A model generated the notes under the pieces. The model was not told the origin of the DNA. It saw only the letters and a program-made list of their open reading frames with translations, and did no database searches. From Planctomycetota bacterium (GTDB taxonomy: Bacteria; Planctomycetota; UBA1135; UBA2386): 64,000 nucleotides of DNA. The DNA lies in the NCBI GenBank assembly GCA_965228735.1, contig OZ245838.1, forward strand, positions 416,001-480,000, written 5' to 3'. Positions 51,307 through 61,023 of the stretch are shown one piece after another. Position numbers and translations under genes: made by a program. Each line of letters starts with the position of its first letter. Within the stretch, counting starts at the first letter, position 1.

Positions 51307-51903
51307 TTGAAGTCACCTACCAGTCGCCTGCTGGTTGGCCTCCTGCCGGTGCTCGCATCGGCGGCGGCGGTCCAGCTCATCCCGTTCGAGGCCGGGGCCC
51401 ATGCGCCGCCGACCATCACCCGCCATTGCCGCGTGCACCTGCACATGCGGCGCCTGCCGCTGGCGCAACAGGTGGCTGCCGCCGATGTGATCGTGCGTGC
51501 GACGATCACCGGCGTCGAGAAGTTCGTCGATCCGTCGGACCACAAGGTTCGGCAGCGGATCACGGCTTGGATCGACGAGTCGATCGTCGGCGGTCGCAGC
51601 GGCGCGCTGACGTTCGAGTCGCTCGGTGGTCGCTGCGCCGACGTCTGGACCGACGTCGACTTCACGCCGACGTTCACCGTCGGTGACCGGTCGGTGCTGT
51701 TGCTCGACGAGACGCGGTATGGGCTGCGGCTCGTCGGGCGGTCGGATGGGGTCTACCCGATCTCGATCGACGCTGACGGCCGACCGGTCGTCCATGGCTG
51801 GAACGCCAACGGCATCGGGCTCGCTGAGTTCGAAGGCTCGATCCGCGCCGAGCGCGCGCAACCGAAGTCGCCGAACGACACGACCGAGGAGGGTGGACGA
51901 TGA
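51307..51903 (+). CDS. Secreted protein resembling the N-terminal pro-domain of matrixin-type proteases
   Basis: LAQQVAAADVIVRATI...LGG...PTF.VG.R.VLLL...GVY.I; ATGA overlap with protease. Confidence 0.62.
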   Translation: MKSPTSRLLVGLLPVLASAAAVQLIPFEAGAHAPPTITRHCRVHLHMRRLPLAQQVAAADVIVRATITGVEKFVDPSDHKVRQRITAWIDESIVGGRSGALTFESLGGRCADVWTDVDFTPTFTVGDRSVLLLDETRYGLRLVGRSDGVYPISIDADGRPVVHGWNANGIGLAEFEGSIRAERAQPKSPNDTTEEGGR

Positions 51904-53855
51904 ACTCCACTTCGCGAGCAATGAGCCGAACGTCCCTGTTGCTGTGTCTCGGCGCCGGCCTCGGCGTCGCGCCGCACCTCACGGTTCCGGGCGGCGGCCA
52001 GTTCTGGTGGAACCGCAACATCGCCGGCGGCGGCGCCCACGTCTACGAAGGCTGGACGGTGGCGATCGGCGGCGAGATCCCGTGGCGCATCCACATCGTC
52101 GATGACGCGGTCGCGCCGGGCTTCCCGGTGCTCAGTGCGTCGTCGATTCCCGACGTCGACCAGCCCGGCGTGCAGAGCGTCGTGCGCGGGCTGAACGCCT
52201 GGAGCGACGCCAAGGTGCCGGGCCACAACGGCAACGCGTCGCTGCTGCGCTTCACGTCGACGCCGACCCTGTGGCGGGACCCGAGGACGGCGCCTGCCAC
52301 CGTGATGATCGAAGACGGCGTGAACACGGTCTCGATGTGGGTCGACGCTGTGTTCTATGGCGGCGGTGGCACCATCCTCGGCGTCGCGGAGGGCTATCTC
52401 GAAACGAACAACGGCCCCGCGACCGGCGAGCTCGTCGAGTGTGACGTCGCGATCAACGCGACCGAAGTCGATGCGTCCGGCATGCCCGTCTTCAGTTTCC
52501 TCGAGTCCAACACCGCGACGGGTTGGAACGTCGCGAGTGCCGGCATCGAGGTGCCGAGCGGTTCCTACGTCGATCTCCAGGGCGTGCTGACCCACGAGTT
52601 CGGCCACGCCGCGGGCATCGGCCACTCGATGATCGATTCGATCCACTTCACCATGCCGGGACTCTCGTTGATGCACACGCCGACGATGTTCCCGTTTGCG
52701 CAGGTCGAGTACGCGACCGATCGGGTCGTGACCCGCGTGTCGGGAACGGCACCCCCGTTTGCGTTCGAGGACGCCAGCACCGACTTCTCGGCGACCGACA
52801 CCGGGGGCCTGATGGGCAGCTCGGCGGCCACGCTCGAGGTCGACGACATCGCCGCGCTCGGCGTCGCCTACCCGATCGGGTCGACCAGCGACTTCGCGAC
52901 CAAGCTCGGCACGATCAAGGGGCGCGTCCTGGGCCAATACGGCAACTACCCGGCCAACGGCGTGCACGTGACCGCGGTGCGCAAGCTCGATCCCGATGTG
53001 ACGCGGGTCTCACGCCTGACCGACAACTTCGGCAACTACGAGATCCAGGGTCTGCCGCCCGGCGACTACCACGTCTACATCGAGGGGGCGGACATCACCG
53101 AGGCGACCGTCAAGACCGGGCAGGCCGTCAAGTGGAAGGTCGGCTACCTCGGCACCACGATCCCGACGACCGGTCCGATCACCAACACGGTCGCGAACGG
53201 TGCGTTGCCGCAATACATCGAACAGGCGTACGCCGCGTCAGGGAACTTCGACGGCGCCCCGATCCAGCACCTCGAAACGCAGTTCTACACCGGCGCGACG
53301 AACAAGCATCCGGCGCAGGCCGCGACAGTGGGCGTCGTCGCCGGTCAGACCGCGACCCTGACCGACATCTGGGTCTACCATGACGACAATGCCGCGTCGC
53401 ACGACGACTTCCGCATCCTGCCGGGCGCTTGGATCACCCCGCCGACGGGCCACTACCGGCAATGGGAGAGCGGCAGCGGCCGTGGGCTCAATGTCCCCTT
53501 CACGACGGGAATGACGATCTCGCTCGAGCACCGGGCCAACGTCGGCACGTCGCCGTATCTCGACACCGTGACCTGCTGGGTGTCACGGGCGCGCTCGTTC
53601 AGCCCATACATGAACCCCGGGAAGTCGATCCCGCACGTCTTCCAACTCAACATGGACCCGGCGGTCTTCGAACAGGTGGACCTGAAGTTGCCGCAGGGCG
53701 GCAACCAATTCGTGTTCGACTTCAAGCCGCAAGCCGACGATCGCAACCAGATCCTGTTCTTCCAGACCGTCGAACGCCGGGTCGAGGGCCATGGCGAGAA
53801 CCAGAAAGTGCACTTCGTGCCGTCTGGCAACGTGATCAGCGTGCACCTGAATTGA
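51900..53855 (+). CDS. Metzincin (matrixin-like) metalloprotease with CarboxypepD_reg-like domain
   Basis: HEFGHAAGIGH, Met-turn PTMFP, TDNFGNYEIQGLPPGDY. Confidence 0.87.
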   Translation: MNSTSRAMSRTSLLLCLGAGLGVAPHLTVPGGGQFWWNRNIAGGGAHVYEGWTVAIGGEIPWRIHIVDDAVAPGFPVLSASSIPDVDQPGVQSVVRGLNAWSDAKVPGHNGNASLLRFTSTPTLWRDPRTAPATVMIEDGVNTVSMWVDAVFYGGGGTILGVAEGYLETNNGPATGELVECDVAINATEVDASGMPVFSFLESNTATGWNVASAGIEVPSGSYVDLQGVLTHEFGHAAGIGHSMIDSIHFTMPGLSLMHTPTMFPFAQVEYATDRVVTRVSGTAPPFAFEDASTDFSATDTGGLMGSSAATLEVDDIAALGVAYPIGSTSDFATKLGTIKGRVLGQYGNYPANGVHVTAVRKLDPDVTRVSRLTDNFGNYEIQGLPPGDYHVYIEGADITEATVKTGQAVKWKVGYLGTTIPTTGPITNTVANGALPQYIEQAYAASGNFDGAPIQHLETQFYTGATNKHPAQAATVGVVAGQTATLTDIWVYHDDNAASHDDFRILPGAWITPPTGHYRQWESGSGRGLNVPFTTGMTISLEHRANVGTSPYLDTVTCWVSRARSFSPYMNPGKSIPHVFQLNMDPAVFEQVDLKLPQGGNQFVFDFKPQADDRNQILFFQTVERRVEGHGENQKVHFVPSGNVISVHLN

Positions 53856-54005
53856 CCGGTGAGTCTGGCCCGTGGTTGGTGCTGCCGCCCGGGTCAGACT
53901 TGACTCGATCGAGGGCGTGAATCTCGATGATCTCGGCGTAGCCCGCGACCGCACGATGGGCGGCTCTATCGCGGAGCTCGACCGGCAACATCATTGCTCC
54001 TATCG

Positions 54006-55187
54006 CTACATCCTCTCACGTCTGGGGGCCTCCGAGAAACCCGGGGCGCTTCGATCCTGGGGGTGAGGATGTTGGTCGGGATGCGGATGTCCGTGCCCGT
54101 GCGGGGGACCGCCGGGCCCCGGATCGTCGGGCGCGTTGGGCATCGCGATCGTGCCAGGCACCCCGCGCAGCGTGCGCAGGATCCGGTTCGAGCCGGGTGC
54201 GCCGACGTGGTAGTGGTAGCCGCGGATCCCGTCCGTATGCCCGCCGAATTCGTCCAGCCCCGCCGCTGGTCGCCCTCGCTCGTCCCGTTCGGCGAAGATG
54301 CCGAACCCGTCCATGGCGTAGCCGATCATCGGCGCGTGCTCGTCGGGTTGCTCGACCTTCTTGGTGTGGCCGGTCGCAGCGTGGTAGTGGTAGCCGGCGA
54401 ACGGGTTGAGGTGTCCGCCGCCGTCGTCGAGCGGTGCGAGCGTGTGTGCGCTGAGGATCGCCTCGACGGGTGCAGGCGGGTCGAACTTGACGCCGTTGAA
54501 GGCGACGCCGACCGGCGCGTGCGGTGTTCTGATCCGCTGGCGTGCGAACCGTGGCTGGACCGGGATGACGTAGGTCGTGACGAATCTGTCGGTGTACCAG
54601 GATGGATCACCTTCGACGACGTGGTTCTGGTAGCGCGGGTCGACGTCGGGTCGGGCGGCGGCCTCGAAGGCCTCGCGCGTGTCGGTGTAGCGCACCGAGC
54701 CATCCTCGCGGACGAGGTCCCACTCAGGGTCGTTGAAGAACGACGGCGCGTTCTTGACGAAGGGGCCGTCGACGTCGCGCAGCTTGCCTTCGTGCATCCA
54801 GACGCCTCCCTTCTCGGGACCGTCGGTGACGTGGCGCGGGCTCCAGGGGCCCATCGCGTGCTCGGTGGGTTCCGACTTCGTGGTGATCACGTAGCACGGA
54901 GTCACGGTGCCGTCCGACAACTCGCGTTCCTCGATCCGGATCTCCTCGAGCAGCGCCGCGCGAATGAAGTGGGAAGGATCGACTGGCTTGCACTGTTCAT
55001 CCGTCGAGCTGGCCAGACCTTGATCCGCGGCGGGCGCTGGGACATGTGGGCTAGCCGTGCACGAGCTGAACAGCAGGGCTCCGAGGAGTGCCCACGCGAC
55101 CGGGCTGGGGCCTCGGCGTAGACGCTTGCCCGCCGTGAACTGCGTCCTCCACGAGGAAGGAAGGGGAGCCTTCGAGGTGTGTGCCAT
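54006..55187 (-). CDS. YHYH-domain lipoprotein
   Basis: GVAFNGV, LDDGGGH, GYHYH twice, IGYAMDGFGI, LDEFGGH; lipobox FSSC; His/Pro tail. Confidence 0.87.
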   Translation of the reverse strand: MAHTSKAPLPSSWRTQFTAGKRLRRGPSPVAWALLGALLFSSCTASPHVPAPAADQGLASSTDEQCKPVDPSHFIRAALLEEIRIEERELSDGTVTPCYVITTKSEPTEHAMGPWSPRHVTDGPEKGGVWMHEGKLRDVDGPFVKNAPSFFNDPEWDLVREDGSVRYTDTREAFEAAARPDVDPRYQNHVVEGDPSWYTDRFVTTYVIPVQPRFARQRIRTPHAPVGVAFNGVKFDPPAPVEAILSAHTLAPLDDGGGHLNPFAGYHYHAATGHTKKVEQPDEHAPMIGYAMDGFGIFAERDERGRPAAGLDEFGGHTDGIRGYHYHVGAPGSNRILRTLRGVPGTIAMPNAPDDPGPGGPPHGHGHPHPDQHPHPQDRSAPGFSEAPRRERM

Positions 55188-55200
55188 GGAGTTGTTCTTG

Positions 55201-55764
55201 CTACGGAACGATGGTCTCGACCGTGGGCTCGGAGCCAGGGGCGGATCCGCCGAGGTTGTCTCGGAGCTTGCGAAGTAGGCGATGACTGCTGCGGAGCTGC
55301 GTTCGGGTCAGGCCCGCGATCAGGACCTGCTCGACCTCGTCGACCAAGGCGCGTGCGGCGGCGCCTTTCCGGCGCCCCTTGCGAGTGAGCAAGACCCGCA
55401 CGACCCGCTCGTCCTCGGTGTCGACCCGTCGCTCGATGAGACCCGCTTCATCCATGCGCTTGAGGATCCCGCTCACGGTAGGCGCGGCGATGTTCATCAT
55501 CGACGTCAATGAACGTTGGCTCACACCGTCGCCCCACTCGAGCAGGTGCAGCACCTGACCCTGGGCAGGATGGAGACCGAGGTCGTCGAAACCGCGGCGC
55601 AGGAGGTCGTCGAGCAACTTGCCGGTGTGCTGCAGCAGAATCGTCAGCGTGAACGCGGGCCCCGCTTGGTCCTCGTCGGACCGCGGTCGCGCGCGAGCCG
55701 ACGGCCTCGCTGCGGCCGCAGAGCGACCTTTGCCCGTTCGTTCGCCTGTCATGATGTGTAGCAT
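55201..55764 (-). CDS. MarR family regulator
   Basis: Q.QVL..L....G.SQ..L, PTVSGILKRM...GLIERR.D.ED.R...V.LT.KG; alternative start 55752. Confidence 0.92.
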   Translation of the reverse strand: MLHIMTGERTGKGRSAAAARPSARARPRSDEDQAGPAFTLTILLQHTGKLLDDLLRRGFDDLGLHPAQGQVLHLLEWGDGVSQRSLTSMMNIAAPTVSGILKRMDEAGLIERRVDTEDERVVRVLLTRKGRRKGAAARALVDEVEQVLIAGLTRTQLRSSHRLLRKLRDNLGGSAPGSEPTVETIVP

Positions 55765-55772
55765 GCTAACAA
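55753..55772. promoter_or_regulatory. Palindromic operator candidate GATGTGTAGCATGCTAACAA, copy 1
   Basis: Core TAGCATGCTA over the marR start; exact copy at 60870-60889. Confidence 0.65.
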
Positions 55773-55899
55773 GGCGAGGATGGGGGCGGAAGGACCAACA
55801 CGAGTCCGGAGCCGTGGGACTCCCGCCGACCTTGTGCGCGGGATCGAGGGGTGGCCGTGTGGTCGAACCAGCGCTCCTTCGACGGCGCGGCGGGCCCGG

Positions 55900-56150
55900 T
55901 CATGCAGGGCGCTCTTGCCGAGGAGGATGCCCGAACCTGCGTGAGTACTCGCGACTGAATTGGCTTACGCTCTGATAGCCGACTTCGAAGGCCGCGTCCG
56001 AGACGGTGCATCGGCCGCTCCTGAGCAGTCGCTGCGCCTCGAAGAGCCGCAGGTCTTTCTGGAACTGCAGGGGCGTCGTCGATGTCACGGTCTTGAAGTG
56101 CTCGTGGAACGTCGACGTACTCATGGCCGCGAGTCGGGCGACGTCTGGAG
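55900..56150 (-). pseudogene. AraC C-terminal HTH fragment
   Basis: AAMSTSTFHEHFK.VT..TPLQFQK.LRL..A, VGYQSVSQFSREY.R.FG; N-terminal domain missing. Confidence 0.8.
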
Positions 56151-56212
56151 GGCCGCGGAGGACAGGGGCTTCAGTAGGAGTTGCATCAGGCGATTCAGCA
56201 GGTGTTTCATGA

Positions 56213-56635
56213 TCAGCTCGGCCGGGTGTCAGAAGCTCCTGGGAGCGACCGTTCAGGCCGCTTGGCGGCGCGCGACGGCACGGCGGCGAGGACCGCCGCT
56301 TGCAACGGCGGCAGCTCGCGCAACACACAGCGAACGCGATCCCGGACGGCGAACACCCCGCCGATGCCCGCCTCGGGGTCGATCCATGGCGTGAATCCGA
56401 GCGCGCCGGGGTCCATGCAGCGCTGGAACCCGACTCCGCCGCATCGGACCGCCTCGAGGTTGCCATGCAGGCTGCGGTGCCACTCGTCGTCAGGTCGAAC
56501 GACTGTGAGCCCGGCGCCGTCGAGTTCGAGGTTCGACGCAATCGTGTCGGTCGCTTCGCGCACGCTCGGCAGTCCGGGTTGCTGTGGCAAGCACGAGCAA
56601 CTCCGGAAGGAAACGGCGGTCAGTAGGGCGAGCAT
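56213..56635 (-). pseudogene. Internally deleted serine hydrolase remnant
   Basis: Signal + LDGAGL.V joined directly to PGALGFTPWIDPEAGIGGVFAV; no SxxK. Confidence 0.65.
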
Positions 56636-56763
56636 CGCCGCACTGTTGTCGGTCGCCGGTCGCACGGGGACCGGCTCGGCGAGTTTCCCGACCGGTGAAG
56701 CGCCGGCACCATCGGCGACGCTCACGCCATCGGCTGGCGAACGGTACGGAAGACGCGCCCCCG

Positions 56764-57897
56764 CTACTGGCACAGCGTGATGCGCAACCCTTGCGTCAGG
56801 GCGAACCCGAAAAACGTCCCGGCCCCATCGAGCACTCCGGCCTGCGCCACCAGCGGCAGACCGTGGAATGACGGGTCCGACGGTAGCCCGAACGTCCAGG
56901 TGTGCTCGCCTTGACCGTCGGTGACGCCGATCAAAGTGGCGAACGGCTGAACGAGCAGCGGCGAACTCGTCGCGGCACCGCCGACACCGTGCACGACCAG
57001 CACATTCGGCGGCCCATCGGCGAACCGCACCCCGAACGCCTGATTGCCGAGAATCGGCAGGCCACCGTCGGGGGAGAGGGTCGGGATGGCAGCGCTGCCT
57101 TGGGTCCCTGCTCCGAGCGGAATCGTCGAACAACCTCGCAACTCGCGCCAGAGCAGGTTGTACCAGGCCTCGGCCATCAGCGCGTCGCCCTGCGCGTTGG
57201 TGTGGGCGTTGTCGGGCGCGTAGCACGCAGGATGGCAGCACCAGTGGAGATCGTGCTGTTCGGGTCCGGCCTTGATCCAGTCGCGGTTGCTCGCCGCGGC
57301 GACCGTGCCGACGAGGTGCTCGACCGCCGCGCGTTCGTGGAAGCACGGGAGTACGTTGGCGGGCTTGTAGCGGTGGCTGCTGAAGTAGACCATCGCGGCC
57401 CCGGCGCCGTTGTCGTAGCAGTGGTCGGCGATGTCGATGAGGTTGGTCACGAAGGTGTCGAAGTTCGGATTGCCGGGCGCCGGCGTCTGGATCGGGAACG
57501 TGACGTTGTTCGAGAACAGCCCGAGCACGATCGTCGGGTGCTGTCGCGTCGCGAGCATGTTGGCGATCGCCTGATGGCCCTGAGTGCCCGGCGTGGCCCA
57601 GCGATAGGCCTGGTGACCCCCGATCCACCGGTTCGTCACCACGAATGCGACGCCGGGCAGCGGCGGCGCCGCGTTGAGCATCGACTGCAAGAACGTGTGG
57701 TAGCCGCGATTCTCACTGTGGCCGAGGATCTCGATCTGCACCGTGTTGGTCGAGCCGAGCGATAGAACCTGCGGCGCGGCGCTGTTGACGGCCGCGATCG
57801 GCGAGCCCGGTACCAGGGCGCCGCACGGGTTTGGAACGGTCTGCGCCGTCAGGCTGGCGGTGCAGTAGAGCGCGGTGAGAAGGCGTGCTGTCGACAT
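56764..57897 (-). CDS. Secreted SGNH-like hydrolase with shared C-terminal domain
   Basis: ILGHSE (GxS), DNAH (DxxH) then QG..LMAEAW; signal peptide. Confidence 0.7.
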   Translation of the reverse strand: MSTARLLTALYCTASLTAQTVPNPCGALVPGSPIAAVNSAAPQVLSLGSTNTVQIEILGHSENRGYHTFLQSMLNAAPPLPGVAFVVTNRWIGGHQAYRWATPGTQGHQAIANMLATRQHPTIVLGLFSNNVTFPIQTPAPGNPNFDTFVTNLIDIADHCYDNGAGAAMVYFSSHRYKPANVLPCFHERAAVEHLVGTVAAASNRDWIKAGPEQHDLHWCCHPACYAPDNAHTNAQGDALMAEAWYNLLWRELRGCSTIPLGAGTQGSAAIPTLSPDGGLPILGNQAFGVRFADGPPNVLVVHGVGGAATSSPLLVQPFATLIGVTDGQGEHTWTFGLPSDPSFHGLPLVAQAGVLDGAGTFFGFALTQGLRITLCQ

Positions 57898-58070
57898 GGC
57901 GAGGTGCGGCAGGGGGCGGGGATCCTGGCGGGCACACGGATGAGGCTACCCGGCGGTCAGGGGCACCGGTGGCTGTTGTCGGTCGTGGTTCGCATGGGGA
58001 CGGGAGAATGAGGAAAAGCGTCGGCTCGGAGGATTGCTCGGGAGTTGCACGAGCTTGTGTGGAACCCGCG

Positions 58071-59434
58071 GGGAGTGTGCGATGAACGGTGTATTCGCGT
58101 GACGGCTGGTGGGATCCTCTGACCCGTAGGGAGCCCACCGATGACCCCGAAGAAGAATGACCGCCACCGAATCCCGGACGAGCTGATCGACCAGCTCCTC
58201 GCCAACTACGAGAAGCCAGAAGACCTGACAGGAAAGGACGGCATCCTCAAGGAGCTGACGGCCCGGCTGCTCGGCCGAGCCCTCGAAGGCGAGATGACCG
58301 AGCACCTCGGCTACGAGAAGCACGCACCGCGTGCCGAGGGCACGAGCAACGCGCGCAACGGATCACGCAGCAAGACGATCAAGGTCGAGGACGGCGAGCT
58401 CGAGATCGAGGTGCCGCGCGATCGCGACAGCACGTTCGAGCCCGAGATCGTCAAGAAGCGCCAGAGACGCTTCGCGGGCTTCGACGAGAAGATCCTGGCG
58501 CTCTACGCCCGCGGCATGACCGTCCGCGACATCCAGGGCCACCTGGAGGAGCTGTACGGCGTCGAGGTCTCGCCATCGCTGATCTCGAGCGCCACGTCGG
58601 CGGTCCACGAAGACGTCCTGGCCTGGCAGAGCCGGCCGCTCGAGCCGGTCTACCCGATCGTCTTCCTCGATGCGCTCGTCGTGAAGGTGCGCGACGAAAG
58701 CGTCGTCCGAAACAAGTCGGTTTACCTGGCGATCGGCGTCACGCTCGACGGCCGCCGCGAAGTCCTCGGGATCTGGATCGAGCAGACGGAGGGCGCCAAG
58801 TTCTGGCTGAAGGTCATGAACGAGCTGAAGACGCGGGGCGTCCAGGACATCCTGATTGCGTGCTGCGATGGCCTGAAGGGCTTCCCGGACGCGATCGAGC
58901 ACGTGTTCCCGCAGGCCACCGTGCAGACCTGCATCGTGCACATGATCCGGAACTCGCTGCGCTTCGTCAGCTACAAGGATCGCAAGGCCGTCGCCAAGGA
59001 CCTCAAGCCGATCTACACGGCGGCCAACCGTGAAGCCGCCGAGGCAGCGCTGGATGCCTTCGACAAGAAGTGGGGCCGCCGCTACGAGATGATCACCTCG
59101 TCCTGGCGAGCGAACTGGGAGCGTGTCGTGCCGTTCCTCGACTTCCCGCCCGAGGTCCGGCGCGTGATCTACACGACCAACCAGATCGAGGCGCTCAACT
59201 CGAGCCTGCGCAAGCTGCTGCAGTACCGCGGCCACTTCCCGGACGACAAGTCCGTCACCAAGCTGCTCTACCTCGCGCTGCGTCGCTTCGAGAAGAAGTG
59301 GACGCGTGCGCTCTGGAATTGGAGCGCCGTCCTCGGGCAGCTCGCTATCTTCTTTCAAGGCAGGATACCTGCCCTGTAACCGTGACCTCACTCCGCCAGC
59401 TGGTCGCCGTTTACACCGTTAGCTGCACACTCCC
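58071..59434 (+). mobile_element. Complete IS256-family insertion sequence, 1364 bp
   Basis: IRL GGGAGTGTGCGATGAACGGTGTA; IRR (reverse complement) GGGAGTGTGCAGCTAACGGTGTA; 8-bp target duplication AACCCGCG at 58063-58070 and 59435-59442. Confidence 0.95.
58141..59379 (+). CDS. IS256-family (Mutator-type) DDE transposase
   Basis: VPRDR..FEP, FLDAL, CCDGLKGF, CIVHMIRNS, YTTNQIEALN. Confidence 0.97.
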   Translation: MTPKKNDRHRIPDELIDQLLANYEKPEDLTGKDGILKELTARLLGRALEGEMTEHLGYEKHAPRAEGTSNARNGSRSKTIKVEDGELEIEVPRDRDSTFEPEIVKKRQRRFAGFDEKILALYARGMTVRDIQGHLEELYGVEVSPSLISSATSAVHEDVLAWQSRPLEPVYPIVFLDALVVKVRDESVVRNKSVYLAIGVTLDGRREVLGIWIEQTEGAKFWLKVMNELKTRGVQDILIACCDGLKGFPDAIEHVFPQATVQTCIVHMIRNSLRFVSYKDRKAVAKDLKPIYTAANREAAEAALDAFDKKWGRRYEMITSSWRANWERVVPFLDFPPEVRRVIYTTNQIEALNSSLRKLLQYRGHFPDDKSVTKLLYLALRRFEKKWTRALWNWSAVLGQLAIFFQGRIPAL

Positions 59435-59511
59435 AACCCGCGCCGCGGCCGTTTGCATTGCTGGGCGAACTCGATGCAGGCATCTGCCGATACCGTTGGG
59501 CGCGAGCCAGC

Positions 59512-59530
59512 CCGTTGGCTGCACACTCCC
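59512..59530 (+). repeat. Solo IS256 right-end-like sequence
   Basis: CCGTTGGCTGCACACTCCC, 18/19 identical to 59416-59434. Confidence 0.7.
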
Positions 59531-59562
59531 CTCGGCCATCGACGAAAGTCGGGAAAGTCACA

Positions 59563-60552
59563 ATGCTCCGAGATCTCGCCATTGTCGCGTCGCTCTTGAT
59601 CGTCGTTCTGCTCTGCCTGTCACGCAGTGTCGTTTCACAGGAGTCGGTCATCGATCGGCCGATCAACCTCGACAAGACCCGGGATCGCAACGTCCCGGTC
59701 ACCTTCCATCTCCCGGACCGGAAAGAGCCGGCCGCTCAGCCACTGGTAATCTTCTCGCACGGAGCGGCAGGCACTCGCGATGGGTTGTTCGCTCTCGCCT
59801 CAGAGACCGCGCGGCAGGGCTACGTTGTCATGTGTCTCGAGCACGTTACCAGCAACCTCGACGCCATCCGAAGCCGGATGCGAGCCGGGCGGCTTGGTTT
59901 CAAGGGCGCCCTGATCGCCTGTGGCCAGGACGAAGTGCCGCGGAGGAACCGGCCGCTCGACGTGCGATTCGCGATCGACCTCGCCGAGAAGCTCAACCGC
60001 GACGGCGCGAGGCTCGAGGGCCGGATGGATCTGTCGAAGATCGCGATTCTCGGACACTCCTATGGCGCGTACACCGCTATGGCCTGCTGCGGTGTGAAGC
60101 CCGTTGAGATCGCGGGTGACCTGACCGAACCGCGAATCAAGCTGGGCATAGCCCTCAGCCCCCAGGCCGGAAACGGGCACTTCTTCGACGAGACCAGTTT
60201 CGTCAACGTCCGCGTACCGTTCGTGGGGATCACCGGCACGAAAGACATGACGCGCTTCATCGCATCCATCGACGAGCGCAGAGACTTCTTCGAGCTGATG
60301 CCGAGAGGTGACAAGCACCTCTTGTGGATTCACGACGCGGGCCACTTCAGCTTCTCGGATTCCACCGGTTCGGGCCGTCGAGCCGTGATTCCACCCGACC
60401 GGGACGTAACTCAGGCGTTGAAGACCATTGTCCCGAGCATTCTGGATGCCTACTTGCGTGGCGAACCGGCGTTGGACGAAGCAGCCCGCAAGGCGCTCGT
60501 CAGCGAGAGTCTTGGCGGCACGGTTCAGCGGATCGAGTGGGAGGTAAGGTAG
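59563..60552 (+). CDS. Secreted alpha/beta hydrolase (dienelactone hydrolase/PAF-AH-like)
   Basis: IFSHG, RPLDVRF, GHSYG, TGTKD, AGHFSF. Confidence 0.85.
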   Translation: MLRDLAIVASLLIVVLLCLSRSVVSQESVIDRPINLDKTRDRNVPVTFHLPDRKEPAAQPLVIFSHGAAGTRDGLFALASETARQGYVVMCLEHVTSNLDAIRSRMRAGRLGFKGALIACGQDEVPRRNRPLDVRFAIDLAEKLNRDGARLEGRMDLSKIAILGHSYGAYTAMACCGVKPVEIAGDLTEPRIKLGIALSPQAGNGHFFDETSFVNVRVPFVGITGTKDMTRFIASIDERRDFFELMPRGDKHLLWIHDAGHFSFSDSTGSGRRAVIPPDRDVTQALKTIVPSILDAYLRGEPALDEAARKALVSESLGGTVQRIEWEVR

Positions 60553-60869
60553 GCACGGTCAGCGCTCGCCAACGGTGTCGAGCAGGGTGTGCCGCTGGAT
60601 CCGGCCTCGGGATTGATCCTTCGGAATCGAAGCCGGTCTCGGCACGCCGCCTCTTCCCGGGCGATCGAGTTCGCCGCTGCCTGCGACATGGGGGCGGCCG
60701 GAACGGCCTCCGCGGTCGGTGCTTGCGGTCACCGTTCCCCCAACCTGAGCAGCGCGTCCTGGTGACTTGCTTCGGACCTCTCGTCGATCGCCGACATCGA
60801 GTCTGCGCACGCGACGACGCGGTCGCGGTCTGCGACGTCCGTGCGTGCCGATACGCGATGGCGTTGCAC

Positions 60870-60889
60870 GATGTGTAGCATGCTAACAA
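60870..60889. promoter_or_regulatory. Palindromic operator candidate, copy 2, upstream of the peroxidase
   Basis: Exact 20-bp match to 55753-55772. Confidence 0.65.
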
Positions 60890-61023
60890 AAGGAGACTAG
60901 GAGGGGGAAGGGATGGCCGGATCCGACGTCTCAGGTTCGTGCCGGTCGATCGCGAGACTGCGCCGATCGTGGTCACGATCCGGCCCGGCTCTCTTCACAG
61001 ACCCCAGCTTGAAAGGTGATGCG

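Noticed and set aside
53835..53995. About 52-codon minus-strand ORF with GGAG upstream
   Set aside because: No recognisable motif, and it overlaps the protease 3' end.
58040..59530. Older MITE bounded by GGGAGTTGCAC (58040) and the solo right end
   Set aside because: The left match is short and gapped, and there is no target duplication.
60730..60882. Short minus-strand ORF starting MLHIV, like the marR start
   Set aside because: Similarity is limited to the shared 20-bp motif; no MarR features follow.
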